Shown here piece by piece: positions 51,345 to 63,187 of a DNA stretch of 64,000 nucleotides; positions within the stretch are counted from its first letter, which is position 1, and every line of letters begins with the position of its first letter. Made by a program: the position numbers and the translations under genes. Source of the DNA: Planctomycetota bacterium (GTDB lineage Bacteria > Planctomycetota > UBA1135 > UBA2386); contig JBKAGP010000001.1 of assembly GCA_046290465.1 (NCBI GenBank), positions 3,552,001 through 3,616,000 on the forward strand. The letters run 5' to 3'. The notes beneath the pieces are model-generated. The model worked only from the letters and a program-made list of their open reading frames with translations, was not told the DNA's origin and searched no databases.

Positions 51345-54011
51345 ATGACCGCCGACCAAGAACGCCTCGAAGACCTGCTCGCCGAAGCGCTCTCGATCCT
51401 CGAGAGCGACGGCCCGGACGACCTGCGCACGTTCCTCGATCGGCACCCGGCGGAGGCGAGCCAGCTGCGCATGGCCCTCAGTGACCTGCAGCGCTTCGAC
51501 ATGCTCGAGCAACCCGAGTCGGACATGCCTGAGCGCTTCGACGACTTCGTGGTGCGAAGCCAGCTCGGCGTCGGCGGCATGGGCGTCGTCTACCTTGCCG
51601 AGCAACAGTCGCTCGGCCGCGAGGTCGCGATCAAGGTCATCCGCCCCGAACTGCTGCTGTTCGACGGCTCGCGCGAACGCTTCCGCCGCGAGATCGACGC
51701 GGTCGCGCGGCTCGACCACCCGTCGGTCGTGCCGATCCTGGCAACCGGTGCGACCCGCGGGGTGCCGTACTACGTCATGCCGAGGCTGCGCGGCATCAGC
51801 GGCGAGGCGGTGCTGCAGTCGCTGTGCGACCGCGACCCGCGCGAGCTGCGCGCCCGGGACCTGCACGAACTGCTCGGGGGCGTGCCCGGTGCAGCCGACC
51901 ACAGCGCCCACGAGATGTTCGTCGGCAGCTACTGGCAGGCGATCGTGCGCCTGATCCGCAAGGCGGCGCTCGGCATCCAGCACGCCCACAACCGCGGCGT
52001 GCTGCACCGAGACCTCAAGCCATCCAACATCATGCTGTCGCCGGACGGCGACGCGGTCGTGCTCGACTTCGGCCTCGCGCACGCGCGCGGCGACGCGCAG
52101 ATGACGCGCTCCGGGGCGGCAGCCGGCTCGCCCGCCTACATGGCGCCGGAGCAGCTGCGCGGCGACGACGCCGACGAGCGCTCCGACGTCTACGCGCTCG
52201 CGGCCACGCTGCACTGCCTGCTCGCGCTGCAGCCGCCGTTCCCGACCGACAGCAGCGAGGTCCTGCGCAGCAGCATCCTGACCGGCGACCGCCGTTCGCT
52301 GCGCAACCGCACCAACGCACCGCCCGAACTGCTGATGGTGCTCGACTGCGCGCTCGACCTCGACCGCACCCACCGCTACCAGAGCGCGCAGGCGTTCGCC
52401 GACGACCTCGGCGCGGTGCTCGCCGGCGAACCGATCCAGGTCCGTCGCCTGCCGCTGCGGGTGCGCGGGCGCCGCTTCGTCGAACACCATTCGACGCTGA
52501 CCGCGACCCTTGCGGTCGCGATCGGCTTCCTGCTGCTGCTGCCGATCCTGCTGCTGTGGCAGCAGCGCGAGGCCAGCGTGGCGCTCGGTGCGCAGGTGAC
52601 CAAGACCCGCAAGGCCAACGAGGACCTCGCGCGCACCAACGACGAACTCGAGCAGACCAACGGACGGCTCGCCGAACAGGTACACGTCGCCAACCACAGC
52701 CGCCAACTGACGCTCGACGCGATCGAGCGGCTGCTGACCGGCCTGCAGACGCAGAAGCTGCGCAACCAGGCGGGCGCCCAGCGCATCGCGGCCGAGATGC
52801 TGCGCGACGCGCTCGGACTGTTCGACGAACTCGGCGTGCACGAGCCGGACTGGGAGCGCATGGCGGCGCTGCACCTGAGCACGCTCGACCAGCTGATCGG
52901 GATCGAGCGCGACATGGGCCGGCTCGACGACGCCGAACGCCACATCGATGCCGGCCTCGCCCTGATCGAACGGCACGCGCCGACCGCGACGATCCGTCTG
53001 CACCACGCCCGCTTCCAGTTGCGCAAGGCGGCCGCGTGCGCCAACCGCGGCGTGATGGCTGGCGTCCCGGAGCTGATCACCGCGGCGCGCGGCACGCTCG
53101 AGCAGCTGGTCGCCGAGGGCGTCGACGACACCACCACCTTCGTGCGGCTGGCCGATGCGCTGGTCATGCACGCGCGCGTGCACGAGAACCGCGGCGAGCC
53201 GCAGCAGGCCGAGCAGCTGTTCCGCGACGCCATCGATGCGTCCGACCACACCCGCCGCGACGACACCAACCCGACCAGCTGGATGCGCGCGCGGTTCGCG
53301 ATGGTGCAGTTCTTGCGCCGACAGCGCCGGCTCGAAGAAGCCCGGCACGCGGTCGACGAGCTGATCGCGCAGGTCGAGCGGATCCCGCCGAAGCCGCGCA
53401 TGCCGTGGCCGGTGCCCAAGCTCGTGCTCGCCCAGTCGCACGGCGAACGCTTCTCGATCGCCAAGGCGCTGGGTGAGCACGACACCGCGCTCGCCGAGAT
53501 CCGCCGCTCGGTCGAGCTCTACGACGAGCTGGTGCCGGTCTACCGCGACATGACGACGCTGCTGAAGGAACGCGGCGGCGCGCGCTGCAACGTCGCGGTC
53601 CTGCTCTGCAACCGCGGCCAGCACGCCGAAGCGATCCCGCTGGTGCGCCAGGCGATCGCCGACCAGGAGGAGGCGCTGCGCCGCGCGCCGAAGCTGCGCG
53701 GCGCGCACGGCTTCCTGCAGAAGCATCGCATGCTGCTGACGATCTGCCTGCGCGAGACCGGGCAGTGGGACGAGCTCGAGCACGCGGCGATCGCGTTCGC
53801 GAAGCTCGGCCTGCCGGCCAACTGGCTCGAGAACGCGGCGTGGGACCTGCTGCGATGCGCGCAGCGTGCCGAGGCCAGCCACCGCGAACGGCTGCTCGAC
53901 CTCGCCTTCACGTGGCTGCGTTCGTGCCAGAAGGCCGACTACCGCCTGCGACTCGAGAGCCGCGACTACGACGTGATCCGCGGCGACGCGCGGTTCGCGG
54001 AGCTACGGTAG
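51345..54011 (+). CDS. Ser/Thr protein kinase with TM helix, coiled coil and TPR-like C-terminus (paralog 2)
   Basis: Same motifs as paralog 1, with near-identical blocks such as KVIRPELLLFxGSRERFRREIDAVARLDHP. Confidence 0.92.
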   Translation: MTADQERLEDLLAEALSILESDGPDDLRTFLDRHPAEASQLRMALSDLQRFDMLEQPESDMPERFDDFVVRSQLGVGGMGVVYLAEQQSLGREVAIKVIRPELLLFDGSRERFRREIDAVARLDHPSVVPILATGATRGVPYYVMPRLRGISGEAVLQSLCDRDPRELRARDLHELLGGVPGAADHSAHEMFVGSYWQAIVRLIRKAALGIQHAHNRGVLHRDLKPSNIMLSPDGDAVVLDFGLAHARGDAQMTRSGAAAGSPAYMAPEQLRGDDADERSDVYALAATLHCLLALQPPFPTDSSEVLRSSILTGDRRSLRNRTNAPPELLMVLDCALDLDRTHRYQSAQAFADDLGAVLAGEPIQVRRLPLRVRGRRFVEHHSTLTATLAVAIGFLLLLPILLLWQQREASVALGAQVTKTRKANEDLARTNDELEQTNGRLAEQVHVANHSRQLTLDAIERLLTGLQTQKLRNQAGAQRIAAEMLRDALGLFDELGVHEPDWERMAALHLSTLDQLIGIERDMGRLDDAERHIDAGLALIERHAPTATIRLHHARFQLRKAAACANRGVMAGVPELITAARGTLEQLVAEGVDDTTTFVRLADALVMHARVHENRGEPQQAEQLFRDAIDASDHTRRDDTNPTSWMRARFAMVQFLRRQRRLEEARHAVDELIAQVERIPPKPRMPWPVPKLVLAQSHGERFSIAKALGEHDTALAEIRRSVELYDELVPVYRDMTTLLKERGGARCNVAVLLCNRGQHAEAIPLVRQAIADQEEALRRAPKLRGAHGFLQKHRMLLTICLRETGQWDELEHAAIAFAKLGLPANWLENAAWDLLRCAQRAEASHRERLLDLAFTWLRSCQKADYRLRLESRDYDVIRGDARFAELR

Positions 54012-54440
54012 CAGGCAGAAGCGCAGACCGACCGACAGCTCGATGCAGCCCGACGGGTTGAAGCACGCGCCCTGCGCGGCGAAGCACTGGCCGACCAGCG
54101 TCGGGTTGTTGGGGATCGCCAGCTGCAGCACCGCGGTCTGCCCCGGCGCCGCCGACACCGAGCCGGCCACCTGCAGCGCCACTGCGCACGGACTGCCGCC
54201 GCACGTCAGCGACGTCGGCAGGTTGGTCGGGGTGATCTCGACCCCGGTCAACAGCTGCGGGAACTCGAGCGCGCTCTGGCACGAGTAGCCGAGGAACAGC
54301 GTCTGGCCGACCTGCACGGACCCGCCGGTGGCGACGAACCCAGACCCGGGACAGCCGCTGCCGGCGATGTTGGACAGCTGCGCCGCCGCCGGCGAAGCGA
54401 GCGCCAGCACAGCGAGCCACGAGGCGAGACGAGGGGGCAT
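54003..54440 (-). CDS. Small secreted Cys-rich beta protein
   Basis: Signal peptide ...SPAAA|Q; GSGCPGSG; IPNNPTLVGQCFAAQG. Confidence 0.7.
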   Translation of the reverse strand: MPPRLASWLAVLALASPAAAQLSNIAGSGCPGSGFVATGGSVQVGQTLFLGYSCQSALEFPQLLTGVEITPTNLPTSLTCGGSPCAVALQVAGSVSAAPGQTAVLQLAIPNNPTLVGQCFAAQGACFNPSGCIELSVGLRFCLLP

Positions 54441-54488
54441 GTGGAAATGCTCCGAGGCGGCCAGCGGTCCGTCAACCCGAGCTATGTA

Positions 54489-55754
54489 CTACCCGAGTCC
54501 CACGACCAGTTCGCGCATCACGGCGCCGATCCGGCGCGCCTCGTCGTCGCTCGTACACGCCGGTGGCAGCGCGTAGAGCACGTTGCCGAGCGGGCGCAGC
54601 AGCACGCCCCGCTCGATGGCGTCGCGCCGCAATTGCGGGGTGCGCGTCGAGAGGTAGCCGGCGTCCGCATCGGGAACGACCAGGTCGAGGGCGGCCATGC
54701 CGCCGAGGTGGCGCACGTTGCGCACGCGCGGATCCCCGACCAGCGGCTGCAGCTGCTCGTGCACGAGTGCCCCGATGCGCTCGAGGCGGGCGGGCACGTC
54801 CCGCTCTCGCGTCAACCGCAGCGACGCGACCGCGACCGCGCACGCGATCGGGTTGGCGGTGAACGTGTGGCCGTGCGGAAAGAAGCGGGACCGTTCGTGG
54901 TGCAGGAAGCACGCGAACAACTCCTCGGTCGCGATCGTCGCAGCGAGCGGCAGCATGCCGCCGGTGATGCCCTTGGCCAGGCACATCAGGTCCGGCGTGA
55001 CCCCGGCGCGTTCGCAGGCGAACAGGCGACCGGTGCGGCCGAAGCCGGTCATCACCTCGTCGGCGACGAACGGCACGCCGCGATCGGTGCACAGCGCGCG
55101 CGCCTGCTGCACGAATGCCGCGCTGATGATGCGCATGCCCGCCGCCCCCTGCAGCAGCGGCTCCAGCAGGAAGCCGGCGACGCGGCCACCGAGTTCGTCG
55201 AATGCCCGCGTCAGCTGATCGGCATCGGGCGCGATCCGGCGAACCTCGAACAGCAGCGGCGCGAACGCCACGAAGAACGGGTCCGGGTCGCCCGCCGCCA
55301 TCGCGCCGAACGTATCGCCGTGGTAGGCGCCCTCGAGGGCGACGAACACGCGCCGTTCGGGCTCGCCGCGGTGCACCCACGACTGCAGCACCATCTTCAT
55401 CGCGGCCTCGACCGCGGTCGAACCGTCGTCCGAGTAGAACACCCGCGACAGACCGTCCGGCACCACCTCGAGCAGGCCCTCGGCGAGCTGCACGGCCGGC
55501 TCGTGGGTCGCGCCGGCGAACAGCACGTGGTCGAGCTGCCGCGCCTGGGCGTGCATCGCGTCGACCAGAGCCGGCTCCGAGTGGCCGTGCAGCGTCGCCC
55601 ACCACGACGAGATCGCATCGAGGATGCGGCGGCCGTCGGCCAGTTCGAGCCACGCGCCATCGCCGCGCACGACCGGCAGCGGCGCCGCCTCGATGCCGTG
55701 CTGGGTGTAGGGGTGCCAGGTGACGCGCTGGTCGCGCTGCGGCAGGTCAGTCAT
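54489..55754 (-). CDS. bioA: Adenosylmethionine-8-amino-7-oxononanoate aminotransferase
   Basis: WHPYTQ, DAISSWW, DDGSTAVE, YHGDTFG, ADEVMTGFGRTG, AKGITGG, HGHTF, LRPLGN. Confidence 0.95.
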   Translation of the reverse strand: MTDLPQRDQRVTWHPYTQHGIEAAPLPVVRGDGAWLELADGRRILDAISSWWATLHGHSEPALVDAMHAQARQLDHVLFAGATHEPAVQLAEGLLEVVPDGLSRVFYSDDGSTAVEAAMKMVLQSWVHRGEPERRVFVALEGAYHGDTFGAMAAGDPDPFFVAFAPLLFEVRRIAPDADQLTRAFDELGGRVAGFLLEPLLQGAAGMRIISAAFVQQARALCTDRGVPFVADEVMTGFGRTGRLFACERAGVTPDLMCLAKGITGGMLPLAATIATEELFACFLHHERSRFFPHGHTFTANPIACAVAVASLRLTRERDVPARLERIGALVHEQLQPLVGDPRVRNVRHLGGMAALDLVVPDADAGYLSTRTPQLRRDAIERGVLLRPLGNVLYALPPACTSDDEARRIGAVMRELVVGLG

Positions 55755-57555
55755 CGAACAACTCCGCGAGGTCGTGCTGCGCGAGCCAGTCGTCGAGCGC
55801 CGCAGGGACCAGCCGCGCGAACGCAGGCACTTCGTAGCACCGCTCGACGCCGGCGAGCTGGCGCAGCGTCGCGAGGTTGCTCGGGTGCGGCTCGCCGACC
55901 AGGAACAGCGCCCGCGGCGTCAGGCCGCGGCCGCGCAGCGCTTCGACCGACAGCAGCGTGTGGTTGAGCGTGCCGAGCCCTGAGCGCGCCACCAGCACGA
56001 CATCGGCCTGCATGCGCGCCAGCCAGTCGAGCTGCAGCACCGGCGGTTGCAGGTCGATCGGCACCGACAGCCCGCCGGCGAACTCGACCAGCAGCCGGCC
56101 CTCGGTCGCGCTGCGGTGCCGTTCGTAGTCGCGGTGCAGCGCCGCCGGGTCGACGCGCTGGCCCGCCGCCGCGGCCGCCTCGTGCGGTGAGGCCGGCAGC
56201 GGGAAGTGCGCGTGGTTGGGCAGCAGCCGGTCGTCCGCGGCCTCGCCCAGTTCGCGCACCACCGCGGTGTCGTCGTCGTCGCCGGTCTGCAGCGGCTTCC
56301 AGTAGCTGGCCGGACCGAGGCGACCGGCCGCGCGCAGCAACAGCGCGCTGATCACGGTCTTGCCGACGCCGGTGTCGGTGCCGGCGATGCAGGTCACGCT
56401 GCTGCGCGGCAGCACCTCGGGCGCGACCCGTTCGGGCCGGTCGCGCAAGCGCGCCGCCAGCCGCTCGATCTGCTCGGCCGACTGGTCGGCGTGGCACACC
56501 ACCCGCAGGCCGGCATCCGCCGGAGCGACCGTCGGCGGTCGCACGGCCGGAGCGTAGAAGCCGTCGTCGCGCAGCCGCGTCGCCAGCGCCGCGGCGGCCG
56601 CGCTGTCCCCGACCGGCACCGGCACGATCGCCGCCGCAGGCTCGGGCAGGTCGAGCCGCGCGGCCAGCGCCCGGGCGTTGGCGAGCGTCGCTGCGCGCAG
56701 ATCGTCGGCCTCGCGACAGCGCTCGATGGCGGCCAGCAGCGCCCCCGCGACCGGCGGCGGCGGCGCCGTCGTGAACAGGAACGAACGCGCCGCGTGCACC
56801 AGGTGCGAGCGCAGCGCGTCGCTGCCGACGACGAACGCGCCGGCGACCCCGAGCGACTTGCCGCCGGTCACGAGCCGCGCGCACAGCCGGTGTGGCCCCG
56901 ACACGTCGGCCTCCGCCCACGCGCCGGCGCCAGCCGGACCGAGCAGGCCAACCGAGTGCGCCTCGTCGACGACCAGCCAGGCGTCGTAGCGACGACACAG
57001 CGCGTCGATCGCCGCGAGCGGCGCGCGGTCCCCTGCCATGCTGAAGACCGCCTCGGTCAGCACCAGGCGTCGCCGGGCGCCGGCGGCGCGCTGCAGAGCC
57101 CGTTCGAGGTCGTCGAGGTCGCAGTGCTCGTGCACCAGCACGCGCGCCCGCGACAGGCGCGCGCCGTCGATCAGCGACGCGTGGTTGTCGCGATCGGAGA
57201 CGACCGCGTCGCCGCGCCCGACCAGCGCGCCGACCAGCCCGACGTTGGCCTGGTAGCCCGACGGGAACAGCAGCGCCGCCTCGGCGCCGAGCCACGCCGC
57301 CATCGCGGCCTCCGCGCGTTCGTGCAGCGGCGAGCCGCCGGCGAGCAGGCGCGCCGACCGGCCGCCGACGCCGTGCGCGACGGCCGCCACCATCGCAGCC
57401 GCGATCGCCGGATCGCGGGACAGCCCGAGGTAGTCGTTGCTGCCGAAGTCGAGACCCGGCACCGATCCGTCGAGGAAGGTCGCGCGGCGCAGGCCGCGGC
57501 GTTCGCGTTCGTCGAGCGCGGCCTGCAGCTCCCGGTCGAGTTGCTGGTCGTGCAC
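55747..57555 (-). CDS. bioF-bioD: Fused 8-amino-7-oxononanoate synthase / dethiobiotin synthetase
   Basis: BioF motifs SNDYLGL, SGYQAN, NHASLIDG, VDEAH, TGGKSLG, RPPTV, then in frame BioD motifs GTDTGVGKT, WKPLQTG, SPH, VEFAGGL, LGTLNHTLL. Confidence 0.92.
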   Translation of the reverse strand: MHDQQLDRELQAALDERERRGLRRATFLDGSVPGLDFGSNDYLGLSRDPAIAAAMVAAVAHGVGGRSARLLAGGSPLHERAEAAMAAWLGAEAALLFPSGYQANVGLVGALVGRGDAVVSDRDNHASLIDGARLSRARVLVHEHCDLDDLERALQRAAGARRRLVLTEAVFSMAGDRAPLAAIDALCRRYDAWLVVDEAHSVGLLGPAGAGAWAEADVSGPHRLCARLVTGGKSLGVAGAFVVGSDALRSHLVHAARSFLFTTAPPPPVAGALLAAIERCREADDLRAATLANARALAARLDLPEPAAAIVPVPVGDSAAAAALATRLRDDGFYAPAVRPPTVAPADAGLRVVCHADQSAEQIERLAARLRDRPERVAPEVLPRSSVTCIAGTDTGVGKTVISALLLRAAGRLGPASYWKPLQTGDDDDTAVVRELGEAADDRLLPNHAHFPLPASPHEAAAAAGQRVDPAALHRDYERHRSATEGRLLVEFAGGLSVPIDLQPPVLQLDWLARMQADVVLVARSGLGTLNHTLLSVEALRGRGLTPRALFLVGEPHPSNLATLRQLAGVERCYEVPAFARLVPAALDDWLAQHDLAELFDD

Positions 57556-57557
57556 GC

Positions 57558-58559
57558 CTAGCCTTCCGTCGCCGCGCCCGGATCCGCCACCGCGTTGATC
57601 AGAAGCTTCTGCAGCAGCGCCGCGTCGGTCGCAGGCGCCGGGTTCGGGGTGGTCAGCAGTTCGTCACCGACGAACATCGAGTTGGCGCCGGCGAGGAAGC
57701 ACATCGCCTGGGTCGCCTCGTCGAGATCGGTGCGCCCCGCCGACAGCCGCACGGCCGTGCGCGGCATCAGCACCCGCGCGGCGGCGACCATGCGCACCAG
57801 CTCGGTCCAGTCGAGCTGCTCCGAGCCTGCCATCGGCGTGCCCTCGACCTGCACCAGCGTGTTGATCGGCACCGACTCCGGCTGCGGGTCGAGGTTGGCC
57901 AGCTCGTGCAGCAGCTCGGCGCGCCCCTGACGCTGCTCGCCGAGGCCGAGGATGCCGCCGCAGCAGACCTTGACGCCGGCCTTGCGAACGTTCGCGAGCG
58001 TGTCGAGACGGTCGTCGTAGGTCCGCGTGGTGATGACCTTCTCGTAGTGCGTGCGACCGGTGTCGAGGTTGTGGTTGTAGTAGTCGAGCCCCGCCTGCTG
58101 CAGCTGCGTGGCCTGCTCCTCGTCGAGCATGCCGAGCGTCACGCAGGCCTCCATGCCGAGTTGCTTGACGCCCCGCACCATCTCGAGCACGCGGTCGAAC
58201 GGCTCGCCCTTCTTGACCGAACGCCACGCCGCTCCCATGCAGAAGCGCTCGGCACCGTTCATGCGCGCGGCCTTGGCCGCAGCCAGGACCTGGTCGACCT
58301 CCATCAGCGGCTCGCGCTCGACCGGCGTCTCGTGGTGCGCGCTCTGCGAGCAGTAGCCGCAATCCTCGGGACAGCCACCGGTCTTGATCGACAGCAGCTG
58401 CGAGCACTGCACGCGCTGCGGATCGTGGTGCTGGCGATGCACCGTCGCAGCCTCGAAGACGAGCTCGAGCAGCGGCTTCTGCAGCAGCGCTTCGACGTGG
58501 GCGAGCGAGACGGAGCCGGGGGCTCCGGACGGGTCGGCGACCGGGGTGTGCGAGTCCAT
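57558..58559 (-). CDS. bioB: Biotin synthase
   Basis: [15 protein letters not shown] radical-SAM motif, [30 protein letters not shown]. Confidence 0.96.
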   Translation of the reverse strand: MDSHTPVADPSGAPGSVSLAHVEALLQKPLLELVFEAATVHRQHHDPQRVQCSQLLSIKTGGCPEDCGYCSQSAHHETPVEREPLMEVDQVLAAAKAARMNGAERFCMGAAWRSVKKGEPFDRVLEMVRGVKQLGMEACVTLGMLDEEQATQLQQAGLDYYNHNLDTGRTHYEKVITTRTYDDRLDTLANVRKAGVKVCCGGILGLGEQRQGRAELLHELANLDPQPESVPINTLVQVEGTPMAGSEQLDWTELVRMVAAARVLMPRTAVRLSAGRTDLDEATQAMCFLAGANSMFVGDELLTTPNPAPATDAALLQKLLINAVADPGAATEG

Positions 58560-58640
58560 TTCGGACGGAGGATGCTAGGTCCCCCGCCCCGCGGATTCAC
58601 GTCACGTGCACTTCACGCGAACGGCCGCTGCGCCACCCGA

Positions 58641-58666
58641 TCAGGCCTGTGCGTCAGGCCTTCGCG

Positions 58667-58679
<13 letters not shown>
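58641..58679. repeat. 13-bp tandem repeat x3 containing the peptidase stop codon
   Basis: TCAGGCCTGTGCG / TCAGGCCTTCGCG / TCAGGCCTTCGCG. Confidence 0.85.
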
Positions 58680-60208
<1,529 letters not shown>

Positions 60209-60283
60209 GGCGATGCGCCGCCAATCTGACGGCACGCATCGCGTCGGCTCAAGCGCGTTCGGCCATCGGCGGCCGCAATCCGC

Positions 60284-60883
60284 TCACCTGCCGCCGAACG
60301 CCGCGCGCACCAGGTCGTCAGCGGTCCAGTCCTCGGGGCGATGCTGCAGCGGGGTCGTGCCGGGCACGCGCACCAGCAGGTAGCGCGAACGCGTGAACAT
60401 CGGCTCGACGTCGTTCGGCGCCTGCAGGCTGTTGAAGGCCTCGACCGCGATCGTGTTGGCGTCGACCGCGCCGCCGGCGAGCGCCGTCTCGATGCGCGTG
60501 CCGGCCGACGGGCGTCGATCGACCACGAGACCGTAGAACACGCGCGACGCGTCGATCTGGTTGACGTAGCTGATCAGCGGCGCGCCGATGATCGCAGCCA
60601 GGTCGTCGGGGTCGACGCTCAGGCCGCCGATCGTCGCGATGCGCGTCGGCTCGAACTGGAACATCGTGCCGTCGACCGGCGGGTCCGGGACGGTCGCGTT
60701 GGTCTCGACGACCGTCGCGTTCTGGATGACCCAGGTGCCCGCCATGTCGATCTGGACGCCGCCGGCGCCCTCGGGCACGGCGGCCGGGATGTCGGGACCC
60801 GAGGGGCCACCGCCGCCACCACCACTGCTGCAGGCGGCGACGAGGGCGAGAAGGAAGACGCTGACCGGACGATTCCTCTTCAT
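60284..60883 (-). CDS. Hypothetical lipoprotein
   Basis: MKRNRPVSVFLLALVAA|CSSGGGGGG lipobox followed by a Gly linker. Confidence 0.75.
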   Translation of the reverse strand: MKRNRPVSVFLLALVAACSSGGGGGGPSGPDIPAAVPEGAGGVQIDMAGTWVIQNATVVETNATVPDPPVDGTMFQFEPTRIATIGGLSVDPDDLAAIIGAPLISYVNQIDASRVFYGLVVDRRPSAGTRIETALAGGAVDANTIAVEAFNSLQAPNDVEPMFTRSRYLLVRVPGTTPLQHRPEDWTADDLVRAAFGGR

Positions 60884-61008
60884 GGGCAGATTGGGGTTCA
60901 AGCGCGCAGATTCGCACGCCGCCCTCTCCGCCGTCAACGAAGATCCGGTGGCAGCGGAGAATGCCGCCGGACCGGCCCCGGCGACCTCCGCGCGGGAGCC
61001 CAGCTCCC

Positions 61009-63054
61009 CTACCCGGTCGACGACACGCCGCGCGTGCGCGCTTCGGCGATCGCGGCGGCGACATCGGACGGCGTGAACGGCTTGCACAAGAACGCGTCGA
61101 CGGTGCCGTGGGCGCACGCGGCCCGCGCCTCCATCTCCCCGAGACCGCTGGTCAGCACGATCGGCGCGTCGACGCCCAGCGCGCGCACGCGCCGCGCCAA
61201 TTCGGCGCCGTCGAGCCCCGGCATCGTGAAGTCGAAGATCAGCAGATCGAACCCGTTCGGCTCGGCCTCGATGCGGCGCAGGCCGGACTCACCGTCGGCG
61301 GCGACCTCGGCGCCGAGTCCCTGCCGGGCGAGGATGCGCTTCATCACGCTGCCGATGACCTCCTCGTCCTCGACGACGAGCACGCGGCCGTCCGCCGCCG
61401 ACGGGCAACCCTGGCGCGGTGCCGGCGGGAGCACCGCACCGGCCGGCGTCGCCGGCAGCGAGATCCAGAACGTCGTGCCCTCCCCGGGTCGGGAACGCAC
61501 GTCGAGGCAACCGCCGTGGCCGCTGATGATGCCGAGCACCGCCGCGAGCCCGAGGCCGCGCCCGGAGTCCTTGGTCGTGAAGAACGGCTCGAAGATGCGC
61601 GCCTGGGTGTCGCGGTCCATGCCGCTGCCCTCGTCCTCGACGGTGATCTCGAGCCAGTCCTGCTGCGAAGCCTCCAAGGTCGCCAGCCGCGACGTCGGCC
61701 GCCAGCCGCGACGCAGCCGCGCGCGCACGCGCACGACGCCATCGCTGCCCTCGTACGCATCCGCGGCGTTGAGGATCAGGTTCATCAGCACCTGACGGAT
61801 CTGCACCGGGTCGGCCGCGATCACCGGCAGGTCTGGCTCGAGGTCGATCACCAGCCGCGAGCGCTGGCAGACCGTGCCGGGCAGCAGCGTCGGGATCTCA
61901 CCGAGCAGTTCGGCGAGGTCGAGCGCTTGCCTGGCCGGCTGGCGCTTGCCGGCGTACTGCATCAGCTGCGAGGTCAACTCGGCGGCGCGCTGCGATGCGA
62001 TCCGGATGTCGGTCGCGCTCTTGCGCAGCTCGTCGGGCACCTCGTGCGATTCCTCGATCAGCGCGGCGTTCGCCATCATGCCGACGAGCAGGTTGTTGAA
62101 GTCGTGCGCGACGCCGCCGGCGAGCACGCCGAGGCTCTCGAGCTTCTGGGCCTGCTGCATCGCGCGTTCGACCCGGCGGCGCTCGGTCAGGTCGCGAGCG
62201 ATGCCGACGATGCCGACGACCGAGCCGTCGTCGTCGCGCAGCGGGTCCTTGCGGATCAGGTATTCGCGCTGCTCACCGTCGACCTTCGAAGTCACCTCGA
62301 GTTCGTGCACGATCGACTCGTTGGTCGCGACGACGCGACGGTCGTACTCGATCGACTCGCGCATCTGCTCGAGCCCGTAGAGGTCTTCGTCGCTGCGGCC
62401 GACCATCTGTTCGCACGACAGGCCGCGGTGGCGCGCCTCGGCCTCGTTGACGAGCCGGTAGCGGCCGTCGATGCCCTTGACGAAGATCGGGTCCTCGGCG
62501 CAGTCGATCACCGCGCGCAGCAGGTTGCTCTGCTCGGCCGCGCGGCCCTCGGTGCGCTCGATCCGGATCGCGACCCCGGCCAGGTAGGCGGCCAGCTCGA
62601 GCAGCTTGCGCTGCTCGTCGGACGGCGAGCCCGCGACCGTGCGCGAGATCGCGAACGTCCCGGCGATGGTCTGTTCGTCGAGGAAGATCGGCACCGACCA
62701 GCACGCCTTGATGCCGTAGGTCGCAGCGACCTCGCGCAGGTTCTGCCAGCGGGGATCGGTCGACGTATCGAACACCGCGACCATCTGCCGCTCGAACACC
62801 GACGAGCCGCACGAGCCCGCGAACGGCCCTGGCGTCAGCACCCCGAACGCCTCGAGCACCTCCGCCGGCGCGCTCGGAGCGTTGCAGAACGTCAGCGAGT
62901 TCTGCACCGCGTCGTAGCGCATCACCGTCGCCAGGCCGTGCGGCACGGCCTGCTGGATCAGCTCGCAGAGGCGATCGAGGATCTCGCTGGTCGGACGCCG
63001 GGCGGCGACCTGCTCCAGCACCGATCGCTGAAGGGCATGGATGGCGTCGTTCAT
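61009..63054 (-). CDS. Hybrid histidine kinase (GAF-PAS-HisKA-HATPase-REC)
   Basis: GPFAGSCG and ACWSVPI GAF motifs; PAS; AHDFNN, FEPFFTTK, GRGLGL, DFTMP. Confidence 0.93.
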   Translation of the reverse strand: MNDAIHALQRSVLEQVAARRPTSEILDRLCELIQQAVPHGLATVMRYDAVQNSLTFCNAPSAPAEVLEAFGVLTPGPFAGSCGSSVFERQMVAVFDTSTDPRWQNLREVAATYGIKACWSVPIFLDEQTIAGTFAISRTVAGSPSDEQRKLLELAAYLAGVAIRIERTEGRAAEQSNLLRAVIDCAEDPIFVKGIDGRYRLVNEAEARHRGLSCEQMVGRSDEDLYGLEQMRESIEYDRRVVATNESIVHELEVTSKVDGEQREYLIRKDPLRDDDGSVVGIVGIARDLTERRRVERAMQQAQKLESLGVLAGGVAHDFNNLLVGMMANAALIEESHEVPDELRKSATDIRIASQRAAELTSQLMQYAGKRQPARQALDLAELLGEIPTLLPGTVCQRSRLVIDLEPDLPVIAADPVQIRQVLMNLILNAADAYEGSDGVVRVRARLRRGWRPTSRLATLEASQQDWLEITVEDEGSGMDRDTQARIFEPFFTTKDSGRGLGLAAVLGIISGHGGCLDVRSRPGEGTTFWISLPATPAGAVLPPAPRQGCPSAADGRVLVVEDEEVIGSVMKRILARQGLGAEVAADGESGLRRIEAEPNGFDLLIFDFTMPGLDGAELARRVRALGVDAPIVLTSGLGEMEARAACAHGTVDAFLCKPFTPSDVAAAIAEARTRGVSSTG

Positions 63055-63187
63055 CGGGGCCGACTCCGTAGGTGATGGGTGTCGACCGCTTCATCGGCAC
63101 CCGAGGACCCGCACCTTGGCGCGAACCTTCGATGCTACCGCCGGTCCAGCCGCCCCGGGCTCGGCCAGTGTGCGTATCCAGGGCGTG

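Noticed and set aside
58560..58640. BirA operator upstream of bioB
   Set aside because: No TGTAAAC-N-GTTTACA-like inverted repeat visible.
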